64,000 nt of DNA from an uncultured delta proteobacterium. Lineage in GTDB: Bacteria > Desulfobacterota > Desulfobacteria > Desulfobacterales > Desulfosalsimonadaceae. Positions 1 to 8,794 of this stretch are shown piece by piece. How positions within the stretch are numbered: position 1 is the first letter of the stretch; each line of letters starts with the position of its first letter. The translations under genes were made by a program, and so were the position numbers. The notes below the pieces were generated by a model, which had not been told where the DNA came from, searched no databases, and saw only the letters and a program-made list of their open reading frames with translations. The stretch covers positions 832,001-896,000 of the forward strand of contig CAWGYD010000006.1 in the NCBI GenBank assembly GCA_963826785.1, read 5' to 3'.

Positions 1-1
1 A

Positions 2-1000
2 GGCCTGGTGGCAAATATCTTCAAGGAAGTGCGCAATATCGATCTTGCGCCGCCCTTTGCCCGGATGACCTACGATGAGGCCATCGCCCGCTACGGCCTG
101 GACCGGCCGGATCTCCGGTTCGGCCTGGAAATGACCGACATTTCAGATATCGTGGAAGATTCGGGGTTTAAAGTCTTTTCCGACGCGGTGAAAAAAGGAG
201 GGATCGTAAAAGCCATCAATGCCAAGGGGTGCGAGTCCATGACCCGCAAGGAGCTGGACGACCTCACCGAGTTTGTCAAGATCTACCGGGCCAAGGGGCT
301 GGCCTGGATCAAGGTCCGGGAAAACGAATGGCAGTCCCCCATCACCAAGTTCTTTTCCGATAAGGAAAAGCAGCAGATGGCAAAGCGGCTGGACATGAAG
401 CCCGGAGACCTGGTCTTTTTCGGCGCGGACAGCGCCAAAGTGGTCAACGAGGCCATGGGGCAGCTCAGGAACCACCTGGGCCGCAAGCTCAAACTGATCG
501 ATGAATCCGCTTTCCAGTTTGTCTGGGTCACCCATTTCCCCATGTTCGAATACGATGAAACGGAGAAGCGCTACCAGGCCCTCCACCACCCCTTCACCTC
601 GCCCTTGGAATCCGATTACGACAAGCTGGAATCCGATCCGCTGGCCGTGCGCTCCCGGGCCTATGATCTGGTCTTGAACGGCTCTGAAATCGGCGGGGGC
701 TCCATCCGTATCCATCGCAAGGACCTTCAGGTGAGAATTTTAAAAGGGCTGGGCATGGAGCAGGAAGAATACGAAGCCAAATTCGGGTTTTTGCTCTCGG
801 CTTTAGATTCCGGTGCGCCGCCCCACGGCGGACTGGCCTTCGGGTTTGACCGCCTGATGACCATCCTGTGCGGCGGAGGCTCCATCCGGGAGGTGATCGC
901 CTTTCCCAAGACCCAGAAAGCGGCCTGCCTGCTCACAGACGCGCCGTCGCCGGCCAGCCGGGCGCAGCTGCAGGAGTTGGCGCTGAAAATTGATCTGTAA
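2..1000 (+). CDS. aspS: Aspartate--tRNA ligase, 3' part (5' end outside window)
   Basis: GAD-domain region, YGLDRPDLRFG, HHPFTSP, AYDLVLNGSEIGGGSIRIH, motif 3 GAPPHGGLAFGFDR, IREVIAFPKT. Confidence 0.96.
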   Translation, partial: GLVANIFKEVRNIDLAPPFARMTYDEAIARYGLDRPDLRFGLEMTDISDIVEDSGFKVFSDAVKKGGIVKAINAKGCESMTRKELDDLTEFVKIYRAKGLAWIKVRENEWQSPITKFFSDKEKQQMAKRLDMKPGDLVFFGADSAKVVNEAMGQLRNHLGRKLKLIDESAFQFVWVTHFPMFEYDETEKRYQALHHPFTSPLESDYDKLESDPLAVRSRAYDLVLNGSEIGGGSIRIHRKDLQVRILKGLGMEQEEYEAKFGFLLSALDSGAPPHGGLAFGFDRLMTILCGGGSIREVIAFPKTQKAACLLTDAPSPASRAQLQELALKIDL

Positions 1001-1059
1001 TCTTGCATGATGAACTTGAGAGATGATCTCTCTCTCGGTCTTGTACGATTTGAACTTTT

Positions 1060-1136
1060 TGGAATAATGGAATGTTGGAATACTGGGAAAAAAAGAGCAC
1101 TCTGCCCATCCATCATTCCATCATTCCATTATTCCA
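1060..1136. repeat. Inverted array of 8-bp units (TGGAATnn) forming a long hairpin
   Basis: Left arm tggaataatggaatgttggaatactgg (1060-1086) matches the reverse complement of right arm 1110-1136 at 24/27 positions. Confidence 0.85.
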
Positions 1137-1206
1137 ATTTCCATCAGGACGAAGCCGCTGCCCTTAAAAATATCTTGGACTTTATAGAAATCAGGGAGGG
1201 GGGATC

Positions 1207-2580
1207 ATGCCGCATTTGATCGAGGAGAAGCTTACGGCTCTGGAGGCCGAAGGGGTCAACCAGGTCAAGATCGCCCTGACCGATATCGACGGCGTTTTGC
1301 GGGGCAAGTACCTGACCCTGAAGAAGTTCAAATCGGTGGCCCGGGCCACGGGCGGGTTCTGCGACTGTGTGCTGGGGTGGGACTGCGCCGATCAGCTTTA
1401 CGACAATGCCGCCTATACCGGGTGGCATACGGCCTACCCGGATGTCGCCTTCAAAATCGATCTTTCCACCGAGCGGCGCATGCCCGAAGAGGCGCACATC
1501 CCTTTTTTCCTGGGCGAGTTTGTCAGCGCCGATGACGACCTTCACCCCATCTGTCCGCGCTCCCTGCTGCGCCGGGTGCTGGAAAAAGCAAAAGACATGG
1601 GGTTTGGCGCAAAGTATGCCTTTGAATATGAGTTCTTCGTGTTCAAGGAGACCCCCCATTCCATCCGGGAAAAGCATTACCGGGATTTGACCCCGCTCTC
1701 ACCGGGCATGTTCGGCTATTCCATCCTGCGAAACACCTGGCTCTCCGACCTGTTCAACACTTTCATGGATTATTTTGACAAGCTCGACATCGAGTTGGAG
1801 GGGCTTCACTGCGAAACCGGGCCGGGTGTCTGGGAGACGGCCATTTCCCATGACACCGGCATCACGGCGGCGGACAAGGCCAACCTGTTCAAGACCTTTG
1901 CCAAGACCTTTTTCCAGAAGCAGGGCATGGTAGCGACCTTCATGGCCAAATGGTCCATGGACTATCCCGGCCAGAGCGGCCACATGCACCAGTCCCTCTA
2001 TGATCTGAATTCCGGCAAATCGGTGTTCCACGACCCGGAGGCAAAAGACGGCATGAGCGAGATCATGCGCTGGTACACTGCCGGGGTGGTCAAATACATG
2101 AAGGAATTTCTGGTCATGTCGGCCCCCACCATCAACAGCTATACCCGGCTTACCAAGGGGGCCTGGGCCCCCACTTCGGCGGCCTGGGGCATGGACAACC
2201 GGACTACCGCCGTCCGGGTCATTCCCGGAAACGACAGCGCCCAGCGCCTTGAATTTCGCATCGGCGCGGCCGACGGCAACCCCTACCTGGTGGCAGCAGC
2301 GGTCATCGGGGCAGGGCTGCGGGGGATCGAGGAAAAGCGCTCGCTTGCCGATCCGGTGAAGGGAAACGCATATGAGATCCAGGATAGGATGCCAGAAGAA
2401 CTGCAGCTGCCCACCTGCTTAAAGGATGCCGCCCGGCTGTTCAAGCACTCCGCGGCCGCCCGGGAACTGTTCGGGGACACGTTCGTGGACCATTTCGTCT
2501 GCACCCGGGAGTGGGAAGTGCGCGAATACGAGCGGTTTGTCAACGACTGGCAGCTGAAGCGGTATTTTGAGATTATATGA
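1207..2580 (+). CDS. Glutamine synthetase-like protein (probable gamma-glutamyl-amine ligase)
   Basis: EYEFF, HCETGPGVWE, ATFMAK..GQSGHMHQSL, DNRTTAVR, RLEFR..ADGNPY. Has KGAWAP where canonical GSI has PGYEAP. RBS GGAGG upstream. Confidence 0.88.
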   Translation: MPHLIEEKLTALEAEGVNQVKIALTDIDGVLRGKYLTLKKFKSVARATGGFCDCVLGWDCADQLYDNAAYTGWHTAYPDVAFKIDLSTERRMPEEAHIPFFLGEFVSADDDLHPICPRSLLRRVLEKAKDMGFGAKYAFEYEFFVFKETPHSIREKHYRDLTPLSPGMFGYSILRNTWLSDLFNTFMDYFDKLDIELEGLHCETGPGVWETAISHDTGITAADKANLFKTFAKTFFQKQGMVATFMAKWSMDYPGQSGHMHQSLYDLNSGKSVFHDPEAKDGMSEIMRWYTAGVVKYMKEFLVMSAPTINSYTRLTKGAWAPTSAAWGMDNRTTAVRVIPGNDSAQRLEFRIGAADGNPYLVAAAVIGAGLRGIEEKRSLADPVKGNAYEIQDRMPEELQLPTCLKDAARLFKHSAAARELFGDTFVDHFVCTREWEVREYERFVNDWQLKRYFEII

Positions 2581-2593
2581 CGCCCGGCGTTTG

Positions 2594-2702
2594 ACACCCC
2601 CCTGGCCCCCCTCAAGGGGGGATTTTGACGGGTGCCCATCTTTTCCCCCCTCGCCGGGGCGTGGATTTTTAATTCCCCCCTTGAGGGGGGGCAGGGGGGT
2701 GT
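2594..2702. repeat. REP/MITE-like palindromic element, copy A
   Basis: 29-bp terminal inverted repeats ACACCCCCCTG(G/C)CCCCCCTCAAGGGGGGA, 28/29 match; each arm contains its own C-run/G-run hairpin. Confidence 0.9.
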
Positions 2703-2740
2703 AGGAGCCTGAAAAATTTTAGATATTTAAAGGAAAACCC

Positions 2741-3892
2741 ATGAACCAATATAATTTTCCCACCACCATTTTATGCGGCCAGGGTGCACTGGCGGAATTC
2801 GTCAACCGGATCCAGGCGAAAAATCACCGGCATCTGCTCATCGTCACGGACCCGTCGCTGGTGACCTATGGCCTGGTCGACCATCTGACCCGGATGCTTT
2901 CTGAAAAGGACATGGCGCATACCGTATTTTCGGACACGCACCCCAACCCGGTGGAGGAAGATGTGGAAAAGGGGGCCGGGATCTTCCGGGACCAGGGGTG
3001 TGATGCCATCATCGCCTTCGGCGGGGGAAGTCCCATGGATGCGGCCAAGGCCATTAAAATCATGGCCGTGCATCCATTCCCCATGGAACCCTATGACGAT
3101 GCCAAAGGAGGCGACAGGAACATCGTCCATCCCATGCCCCCCCTGTATGCCATCCCCACCACCGCGGGCACGGGAAGCGAAGTGGGGCGCTCCGCGGTGA
3201 TCATCTTAAAGAGCACCGGCCGGAAAACCATCTTCTTTCATCCGGACCTGATGCCGGATATGGCGGTGCTGGAGCCGGAACTCACCACGAACCTTCCCGA
3301 AGACATTACCGCGGCCACCGGCATGGACGCCTTCATCCACTGCCTGGAGGCCTACTTTTCTCCCGGCTTTCACCCCATGGCCGACGGCATCGCCCTCCAG
3401 GGAATGGAGCTGATCCTGGACTGGCTTCCCCAGGCGGTCAAAAAGGGGCGCAACTTAAAGGCCCGGGAGCGGATGCTCATTGCCGCCTCCATGGGCGCCG
3501 TGGCTTTTCAGAAGGGGCTCGGCATGATCCATTCCATGGCCCATCCCCTGTCGTCCCGGCACGGGCTCCACCATGGCCTGGCCAATGCCCTGCTGCTGCC
3601 CCAGTCCATCGCCTTTCTGGAAAAGGCGGATCTGGACGCCGCCCAGATGGCGCGGATGGAGAGGGTAAAAGCCATGTTCGACAAACGGATCGCAAAGGAA
3701 AACAGCCTGTCCGGCCAGTGCCGGGCCTTCATCAAGGATCTTGGAATCGTGCGCGGCCTTTCCCATCACGGGATCGGCCCGGCGGACCTGGAAATTTTGA
3801 GCACGGAAGCATTTGAGGATCCCTGTCATGCCAATAACATGATCCCGGTGACCCGGTCCGACCTGTTGTCCGTGTACCGGGCGGCCCTGTGA
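2741..3892 (+). CDS. Iron-containing alcohol dehydrogenase
   Basis: GGGSPMDAAK, IPTTAGTGSE, TGMDAFIHCLE, HSMAH...HHGLAN metal ligands. Confidence 0.93.
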   Translation: MNQYNFPTTILCGQGALAEFVNRIQAKNHRHLLIVTDPSLVTYGLVDHLTRMLSEKDMAHTVFSDTHPNPVEEDVEKGAGIFRDQGCDAIIAFGGGSPMDAAKAIKIMAVHPFPMEPYDDAKGGDRNIVHPMPPLYAIPTTAGTGSEVGRSAVIILKSTGRKTIFFHPDLMPDMAVLEPELTTNLPEDITAATGMDAFIHCLEAYFSPGFHPMADGIALQGMELILDWLPQAVKKGRNLKARERMLIAASMGAVAFQKGLGMIHSMAHPLSSRHGLHHGLANALLLPQSIAFLEKADLDAAQMARMERVKAMFDKRIAKENSLSGQCRAFIKDLGIVRGLSHHGIGPADLEILSTEAFEDPCHANNMIPVTRSDLLSVYRAAL

Positions 3893-4590
3893 AAATCGCC
3901 CTGCTCCAGTGTGATCATGTGATGCCGGAACTGGCGGCCCATTTCGGCGATTTTTCTGAATTTTTCTCCAATCTGTTTTCCGCCCACTCGCAAGTTAGGG
4001 TCGCACTGGATGTGTTTGATGTGACGGCGCGCCGGTACCCGGACGATCTTGACGCCTATGACGGATTCATGGGCACGGGATCCCGCTTTTCGGTGTATGA
4101 CGACCTGGATTGGATCAAGGCGTTTTCCCGGTTTGTGGTCCGGCTGTTTGAAGAGAAAAGAAAATTTATCGGCATCTGTTTCGGCCACCAGATGATCGCC
4201 CAGGCGCTGGGGGGCAGGTGCGAACAAGCAAAAGCCGGGTGGGGGCTGGGGGCAAAAGAGATGTCCGTGTATCGCCAAAAGGACTGGATGTCTCCTGAAA
4301 AAGACCGGATTTTTCTGCTCATGAGCCACCTGGACCAGGTTTCCGCGCTTCCCGAAAATGCCGAGGTGCTGGCCGGAAACGAACACTGCCCCTATGGCAT
4401 GTTCGCGCTTCAAGATCATTTCCTGGGCATCCAGGGGCACCCTGAATTTAGCGCGCCATATCTTGAAAAGCTGATGGAATCGCGCATCGGCCGGATCGGG
4501 AGAGCAGAAGTGGACGGTGCGGTAAAGACCTTGGGCAATCCCACGGATGAAGCCGTGGTGACAAAATGGATGATCAATTTTCTGCGGTAA
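3889..4590 (+). CDS. Type 1 glutamine amidotransferase-like protein (probable gamma-glutamyl hydrolase)
   Basis: GICFGHQ nucleophile and QGHPEF His-Glu; GTGA overlap with the upstream ADH. Confidence 0.9.
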   Translation: MKIALLQCDHVMPELAAHFGDFSEFFSNLFSAHSQVRVALDVFDVTARRYPDDLDAYDGFMGTGSRFSVYDDLDWIKAFSRFVVRLFEEKRKFIGICFGHQMIAQALGGRCEQAKAGWGLGAKEMSVYRQKDWMSPEKDRIFLLMSHLDQVSALPENAEVLAGNEHCPYGMFALQDHFLGIQGHPEFSAPYLEKLMESRIGRIGRAEVDGAVKTLGNPTDEAVVTKWMINFLR

Positions 4591-4598
4591 CAACGATG

Positions 4599-4684
4599 AC
4601 ACCTCCCCTGACCCCTTTCAGGGTGGGAATTTCCGGCATTATTTCGGAAGCAACGCGCTGTCGATTTCCCTTGAGGGGGCCTGG
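4599..4684. repeat. REP/MITE-like palindromic element, degenerate copy B
   Basis: acacctcccctgacccctttcagggtggga ... ttcccttgagggggcctgg resembles the arms of copies A and C. Confidence 0.65.
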
Positions 4685-4731
4685 CTGTCAATCCTCGAAT
4701 TCTCAAAAATATCAAGAAAGCAGAAATCATC

Positions 4732-6576
4732 ATGTACGGTTTTACCGGAAAAATCCTGGTGGTGGACGTGGGCGAGAAAACCTTTATGGTCCTTGAGAAG
4801 GACGCGGCGTTTTATCGCAAATACACGGGGGGCGCGCTGCTGTGCGCGGCCCTGTTTGCCGGTCATACCGCCGGAAAGGCGCATCTGACCCCGTTTTCCA
4901 CTGAAAACCCCCTTGTTTTTGCCACCGGTCCCATGGCCGGGGGGAAGGTGTGCGGGGCCACCCGGGTCAACCTCATGTCCCTGGCGCCCGAATCGACCGG
5001 CATCTATCTTTCCCAGGCCGGCGGGGAATTCGGCCCGGCGCTGAAGCGGGCGGGATTTGACGCCCTGGTGGTGTCCGGCCGCTCGGAGCAGCCCGTGGTG
5101 GTGGTGATCGAAAATGAATCCGTGTCCTTTAAAGAGGCAACTCCCTGGTGGGGAACGGACCGGATCAGCGCCCGCAGCGCCATGATCGACGAATTCGGAG
5201 AAGATTTCTGCCTGGCCGTCATCGGTCCGGCCGGGGAAAACCGGGCCGTACAGGCCAACATCATGTTCGAGCCGGAGCACTACGCGGGCAGGGGAGGACT
5301 GGGCGCGGTCATGGGGGACAAGAAAATCAAGGCCATTGCGGTCCGGGGCAACCGGGAAGCACAATTCAGGGACCCGCAGGCCGTAAAATCCGTCAACCAG
5401 GCCGGCGGCAGGGCGCTTGCGCAGAAGATCAAAAAGAACCCCGGGTCGTTCATGGGGGTGTTGCGCCACCTGGGCACCTTCGGGCTTCTTTCCATGAATC
5501 AGAAATCGGGCAACCTCCCCACCCGCAATTTTACCGCCGGAAGTCCGAAGCATCCGGAGACACTGGCCTGGCTCTCCCCTCAAACCGCGGCCGATGCCTA
5601 CGTGGGCCGCATCAATCCCTGCAGGAGCTGTTTTGTGGCCTGCAAGAAGGGGTTCAAGGCCGATCCGGCCTACTCGTCTTTGGCCGAGTATGAGAGCGTG
5701 GCCACCCTGGGTCCCAACCTGGGGCTGGAAGATGATTTCGATGCCGGCCTGGCCGCGTGCGAACTGTGCAATCGTCTGGGCATGGACACCATTTCCACCG
5801 GCAACATGATCGCCTGGCTCATGCAGGGGTTCGAATCCGGGGCCATCACGGAAAAAGAGACGGGATTTGCCATGGGTTTCGGCGAAGGGAAGAAGGCCAT
5901 TGCGCTCATTACGGACATGGCATACCGGAAAACGGACCTGGGCAGCCTACTGGCGGACGGAATCGAGGCGGCCATCGGGCATTTCGGCCCACATACCCGA
6001 GCTTTCAGCCGATTTGTCCGGGGCATCGGCATGCCGGCCCACATGCCCGGCAAAAAACCGGGGATCGGGTTCGGCTACTTTCATGGGCCCAACCCCAACG
6101 ATCACATGAAAGCCGAACACGACTGGATCGCTTCGGACCCGGAGAGCTTAAACGCCCTGGGCGTGTCGGTCACCTCGGCCCCCGATGCCCTGGATAGCGC
6201 CAAGGTGGACGTCTACCGGGCCACGCAGTTCTATTATGCGGCCATGGACGCCTTAAGCCTGTGCCTGTTCGTGTTCGCCCCCGGAAACGTCTATTGCATC
6301 GAGGAAATCCTCCAGCTGGTCAACGCCGCCACCGGTTTTGAGCTTGACTTTACATCGTTAATGGAGATCGGTGAACGCACGGTCCAGCTCCAGCGCAAAC
6401 TCTACCTGGATTTCGGCGGCGAAGACGAACCCTGTGCGTCATTCGGAAAGGATGATGCCGGTTCTGCTGTCACCCGGGCGGAATTCGAGGCGGCCCGCAG
6501 GCACTACTACAACATCATGGGGTGGGATGAACAGGGCCGTCCGCTGCCTGAAACGCTTTCCCGCCTGGGCCTGTAA
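4732..6576 (+). CDS. Aldehyde:ferredoxin oxidoreductase family (W/Mo-pterin) protein
   Basis: N-terminal MYGFTGKILVVD, GRGGLGAVMGDK, CxxCxxxC (CRSCFVAC), EYES, LGMDTISTG, DALSLC, YY..MGWD..GRP. Confidence 0.9.
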   Translation: MYGFTGKILVVDVGEKTFMVLEKDAAFYRKYTGGALLCAALFAGHTAGKAHLTPFSTENPLVFATGPMAGGKVCGATRVNLMSLAPESTGIYLSQAGGEFGPALKRAGFDALVVSGRSEQPVVVVIENESVSFKEATPWWGTDRISARSAMIDEFGEDFCLAVIGPAGENRAVQANIMFEPEHYAGRGGLGAVMGDKKIKAIAVRGNREAQFRDPQAVKSVNQAGGRALAQKIKKNPGSFMGVLRHLGTFGLLSMNQKSGNLPTRNFTAGSPKHPETLAWLSPQTAADAYVGRINPCRSCFVACKKGFKADPAYSSLAEYESVATLGPNLGLEDDFDAGLAACELCNRLGMDTISTGNMIAWLMQGFESGAITEKETGFAMGFGEGKKAIALITDMAYRKTDLGSLLADGIEAAIGHFGPHTRAFSRFVRGIGMPAHMPGKKPGIGFGYFHGPNPNDHMKAEHDWIASDPESLNALGVSVTSAPDALDSAKVDVYRATQFYYAAMDALSLCLFVFAPGNVYCIEEILQLVNAATGFELDFTSLMEIGERTVQLQRKLYLDFGGEDEPCASFGKDDAGSAVTRAEFEAARRHYYNIMGWDEQGRPLPETLSRLGL

Positions 6577-6619
6577 ACCATTGCCCAGCCACGAGCCTTT
6601 ACGGGCCGCCCGGCTTTGC

Positions 6620-7255
6620 TCAAACACCCAGTGCCGGGAAGAGCTGTTTGAGTCCGTTGGTGATAAATTCCACGGCAATGGCCGCGATGATCAGGCCCAT
6701 GATGCGGGTAATGATGTTGATGCCGGTCTTTCCCAGATAATCCGCGATATAGATCGAGCCCCGCAGGATTACCCAGGAGGAAATGGAAATCAGCACGATG
6801 ATGCCCGCAAGAATCCCGTCGTGCTCCCATGACGGCGCCCGGTTTGCATAGACGATCACGGTGCTGATGGCGCCGGGTCCCGCCAGCAGCGGCAGGCCCA
6901 GCGGCACCACTGCCACGGCGTCGCTTTCCTCCTTGTCTTCGGCCTCCTCCTGGGTGTATTTGGCCTGGCTCATCCGGGCGTGCATCATGGAAATGGCCAT
7001 GAGCAGCAGCAGGATGCCGCCCCCCACCCGGAATGACGCAATGGAAATCCCGAAAAACTTCAGCACCGCTTCCCCCGAGAATACGGCGACAATCAGGACA
7101 ATGCACAAGGTGGTGGCGGCAATCCGGGCGGCGCGGAAGCTTTGGGGGCCGGTCAGATTTTTGGTCAGGTTGATATATACCGGAACCGAGCCGACGGCAT
7201 TGACCACCGAAAACAGCGCCACAAAAAATTTGATGTACTCCGTAGAAGAAACCAT
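6620..7255 (-). CDS. MarC family membrane protein
   Basis: FGISIASFRVGGGILL, VPLGLPLLAGPGAIST, RIMGLII. Confidence 0.92.
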   Translation of the reverse strand: MVSSTEYIKFFVALFSVVNAVGSVPVYINLTKNLTGPQSFRAARIAATTLCIVLIVAVFSGEAVLKFFGISIASFRVGGGILLLLMAISMMHARMSQAKYTQEEAEDKEESDAVAVVPLGLPLLAGPGAISTVIVYANRAPSWEHDGILAGIIVLISISSWVILRGSIYIADYLGKTGINIITRIMGLIIAAIAVEFITNGLKQLFPALGV

Positions 7256-7264
7256 AGAGGATCT

Positions 7265-7726
7265 TTACAAATATTTGGCCACAGAAGGAGCGCCGCCTTC
7301 CAGGTCAAAGCCCGGGAGCACCATCACGGTGGAGGCGCCGTGGGCCACCAGGTCGCCGTTTCCGTTGCGCACTTCGGCGGATCCCAGGCCGATGGTTTTG
7401 CCCAGCCTCACGCATTGGCCCGTACCATGAAGCTCGCCGGATACAATGGGGGCAAGATAATTGAGTTTCAAGTCCACCGTGGTCAGACCGGCCCCTTCGG
7501 CCGCCTGGGTGAACACCGCCCAGAAGCAGGCCGCGTCGATGAGCGAGGCGCAGACCCCGCCGTGGACAATGCCGTAGGGCTGCAGGTGCTTTTCCCGTGC
7601 GGAGATGGTGAGCTCGGACTTGCCCCAGGTCATGTTTTCCAACCGCATGGACATGAGTTGAAAAAAATTGCTCGAATTCACCACCCGGGCGATGCGGGCC
7701 GTAAATTCCGGATTGATGGTTTTCAT
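7265..7726 (-). CDS. PaaI family hotdog-fold thioesterase
   Basis: GIVHGGVCASLID, TTVDLKLNYLAP. Confidence 0.9.
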   Translation of the reverse strand: MKTINPEFTARIARVVNSSNFFQLMSMRLENMTWGKSELTISAREKHLQPYGIVHGGVCASLIDAACFWAVFTQAAEGAGLTTVDLKLNYLAPIVSGELHGTGQCVRLGKTIGLGSAEVRNGNGDLVAHGASTVMVLPGFDLEGGAPSVAKYL

Positions 7727-7778
7727 GTGAAATTTATTCTTTTCTTCATTATATTTAATATTGTTTCATGCTTGCCTG

Positions 7779-7988
7779 AACACCCCCCTGACCCCCCTCA
7801 AGGGGGGATTACAAATCCATTCCTGACATACAGCGGGGCACCGCTTCCCGTTTCCAGCTAATGGCTTTTCCCAAATGGGGGATTACAAATCATTCCCTCG
7901 AGGGGCATCCTCCATCAATCCCCCCCCCCTCGAGGGGCATCCTTCCTTCTCCTCAATTCTCCCCCTTGAGGGGGGCCAGGGGGGTGTT
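7779..7988. repeat. REP/MITE-like palindromic element, expanded copy C
   Basis: Same terminal inverted repeats as copy A (7779-7808 and 7958-7988). Internal direct duplications gggggattacaaatc (7803, 7877) and ccctcgaggggcatcct (7895, 7927). Confidence 0.9.
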
Positions 7989-8751
7989 ACACGTTGGCCA
8001 ACGTCCCGCCGTCCACGTACAACGTTTCACCCGTGATATATCCCGAATCCCCGGAACAGAGAAAAAGGACCGCCCCCACGATTTCCTCGGGCTGGGCCAG
8101 CCGCCCCTTGGGGATTTTGGATGCCGCGATCTGCTCGATTTCGGGATGCGACCAGATGGGTTCGCTGAAACTGGTTCTGGTCAGTCCCGGACCCACCGCA
8201 TTCACATTGATGTTGAGATAGGCCCACTCCACCGCCAGGCACTTGGTCAGCATGTTCAAGGCCGCCTTGCTGATGTGGTAGGCGCCCATGCCGGCGCCGC
8301 CCCGCACGGCCCCCACGGTGCTGATGTTGACGATGCGGCCGCCCCCCTGTTTTCCCATGACCTTGGCCGCGGCCCGGCTCAGCAGCCACACCGCCTTCAA
8401 ATTGGTGTCAAACACCTTGTCCCAGCCGTCCTCCCGCAAATCCATCAGGGGGACCATGTAGCTCTTGGCTGCGTTGTTGACCAGGATATCCAGCCGGCCG
8501 AAGGTGTCTACGGCGGTGGCCACCAGCTGTTCGATATTCTGGCTGTCCATCAGGTCGGTCTGGACGCACAGGGCTTCGCCCCCCATTTCCCGGATTTCGT
8601 CCTGAACGGATTCGAGCTCGGTCAGGGTCCGGCTGGACAGGACCACCCTGGCGCCGTTTTTCGCCAGACCCAGGGCGATCACCCGGCCGATGCCGCGGCC
8701 CGCCCCGGTGACAATCGCCACTTTGTCCCCAAGATCATAATGTACCGGCAT
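7987..8751 (-). CDS. SDR family NAD(P)-dependent oxidoreductase
   Basis: TGAGRGIG, NNAA, YHISK (YxxxK), VDGG. Confidence 0.93.
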   Translation of the reverse strand: MPVHYDLGDKVAIVTGAGRGIGRVIALGLAKNGARVVLSSRTLTELESVQDEIREMGGEALCVQTDLMDSQNIEQLVATAVDTFGRLDILVNNAAKSYMVPLMDLREDGWDKVFDTNLKAVWLLSRAAAKVMGKQGGGRIVNISTVGAVRGGAGMGAYHISKAALNMLTKCLAVEWAYLNINVNAVGPGLTRTSFSEPIWSHPEIEQIAASKIPKGRLAQPEEIVGAVLFLCSGDSGYITGETLYVDGGTLANV

Positions 8752-8794
8752 ACCATCCTCCCTTCACATATGTTGAATACAACTTCTCCGGTGA

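Noticed and set aside
1007..1219. 70-aa ORF between aspS and the GS-like gene
   Set aside because: It is mostly a translation of the 8-mer inverted repeat and has no clear RBS.
1207..2580. Calling this gene glnA
   Set aside because: It lacks the DGSS and YEAP ammonium-site signatures, and its context is catabolic.
7779..7988. CRISPR array
   Set aside because: The repeats are inverted and irregular with no constant repeat-spacer period, and there are no cas genes in the window.
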